Source of the DNA: an uncultured Acetobacteraceae bacterium
GTDB taxonomy: Bacteria; Pseudomonadota; Alphaproteobacteria; Acetobacterales; Acetobacteraceae
Length of the DNA: 55,644 nucleotides
Assembly: GCA_964249205.1 (NCBI GenBank)
Contig: CAXUBA010000002.1
Span: 20,824 to 76,467, forward strand
Reading direction: 5' to 3'
The position numbers and the translations under genes are program-made. A model generated the notes under the pieces. It was not told the DNA's origin. It saw nothing but the letters and a program-made list of their open reading frames with translations, and did not search any database. Positions 54,841 through 55,644 of this stretch are shown piece after piece. Every line of letters starts with the position of its first letter. Position 1 is the first letter of the stretch.

Positions 54841-55644
54841 TCACGGGGTTGGGATCGGCCGCCCGAAGGCCATCGGCACGGCACGGAGATCGGTCGTGCG
54901 CCCCGCGACGGGGTTCCCTGACAAGGTCTTCTGGAGCGTGGCCCGTATCAGCCGCTCGAGCCCGCGCTCGTCCGGCGCATCGAGCGGCGAAGACGCGCCG
55001 GGACGCAGTCGGAAGCGAGGACTGGCGGCGTCGGCCGCATCGGTCAACGCCTGCGTCGGCCGCACCATCTCCGCATTTGCCCTTGACGGTGCCTGGCGGG
55101 ACAGGAACGGGCGTTGCGCGGCGATGGCCGGTCGTCGCGCCTGCGCTTCAGAGCCGTAGGCCGCGCCCTGCGTTCGCAGGTCTCTCGCGGCTGCGCTCGC
55201 GACGTTCACGGCCGGTCGGTCCGAGCCGGGCGTACCCGCGATCCGGCAAAACGGGGCTGGCATGCGGCTCCGCTCAAAGCCATGCGCCTGCGTCGTGCGT
55301 CGCGACGCCGCGACGACCGCCGCGAGACGTCGCACAGCTCCCGATGGTCGGACCTCGGACCGGTCGGCCACCGGCCGAACAGAGACAGGCGCGACGGGAC
55401 GCGTGCGCGGCTTCCGCAAGCTCGGCTGCGGAGGGTCCGGGAGCATCGGCCCCGGCATCGATTGCCGACTGGCGGCCGCGCGCTCTGCTCGCGCCGACGG
55501 CCCGACCCGCGTCGGGGCCGGCGGCCTGCGAAGGGCAGGAGCGGCCGGGCTCCGGTCGACCGCCGCGAGACGACCGATCGCGCGCGCGCGCGACGCGGAC
55601 CGCTTGACCGCCGCCGCGAACCGGACGCCCGACACACCTCTTCC
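54841..55644 (-). CDS. Phage protein, 5'-truncated by the window (in the position expected for a tape-measure C-terminus)
   Basis: The frame is open to the window edge and third-position GC is high. The sequence is Ala/Arg/Pro-rich and ends LERLIRATLQKTLSGNPVAGR... Confidence 0.4.
   Translation of the reverse strand, partial: GRGVSGVRFAAAVKRSASRARAIGRLAAVDRSPAAPALRRPPAPTRVGPSARAERAAASRQSMPGPMLPDPPQPSLRKPRTRPVAPVSVRPVADRSEVRPSGAVRRLAAVVAASRRTTQAHGFERSRMPAPFCRIAGTPGSDRPAVNVASAAARDLRTQGAAYGSEAQARRPAIAAQRPFLSRQAPSRANAEMVRPTQALTDAADAASPRFRLRPGASSPLDAPDERGLERLIRATLQKTLSGNPVAGRTTDLRAVPMAFGRPIPTP

Larger units (their letters stand above)
49646..55644 (-). mobile_element. Contractile-phage (myovirus-type) tail/baseplate gene module: prophage remnant or tailocin, truncated by the window
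   Basis: Eight or nine co-directional, tightly packed minus-strand genes with U, X, D, V, W, J and I-like signatures. Confidence 0.8.

Overview
By eye this is a high-GC (mid to upper 60s %, not computed) chromosomal segment of alphaproteobacterial type. It is centred on the housekeeping block dut-coaBC-ubiE / mutM-rpsT-dnaA-dnaN, followed by gatCBA, ruvX, htpG, panB, rhlE and uppP. Because of the GC content, most long ORFs in the supplied track are antisense or fusion artefacts. I called genes from recognisable protein motifs, third-position GC, SD sequences and start/stop overlaps (ATGA, GTGA, TTGA).

Notable content:
- A glycosyltransferase pair at the left edge. One of these genes is missing from the ORF track because it runs off the window.
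- A two-gene ergothioneine cassette (egtB-egtD) with a translationally coupled small exported protein, next to msrA.
- An ABC importer of NitT/TauT type with no binding-protein gene, coupled to a small lipoprotein.
- A decayed genomic islet of about 5.9 kb at tRNA-Ser(GCU). It is bounded by a 13-nt direct repeat and carries a frameshifted SRAP (YedK-like) gene, an integrase N-terminal remnant, an FMN monooxygenase and a secreted esterase.
- Two tRNA-Val genes with identical scaffolds.
- A candidate minus-strand sRNA with its own promoter, an exposed CCUCCC motif and a canonical terminator.
- An orphan 630-aa protein with internal repeats next to an ELM1-family putative glycosyltransferase.
- At the right edge, a contractile-phage tail/baseplate module (tape-measure-end?, U, X, D, V, W, J, I-like) with no recognisable tail fibre, cut by the window.

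I saw no CRISPR array, rRNA or intact transposase. Family names come from my reading of the translated sequences, not from database searches.
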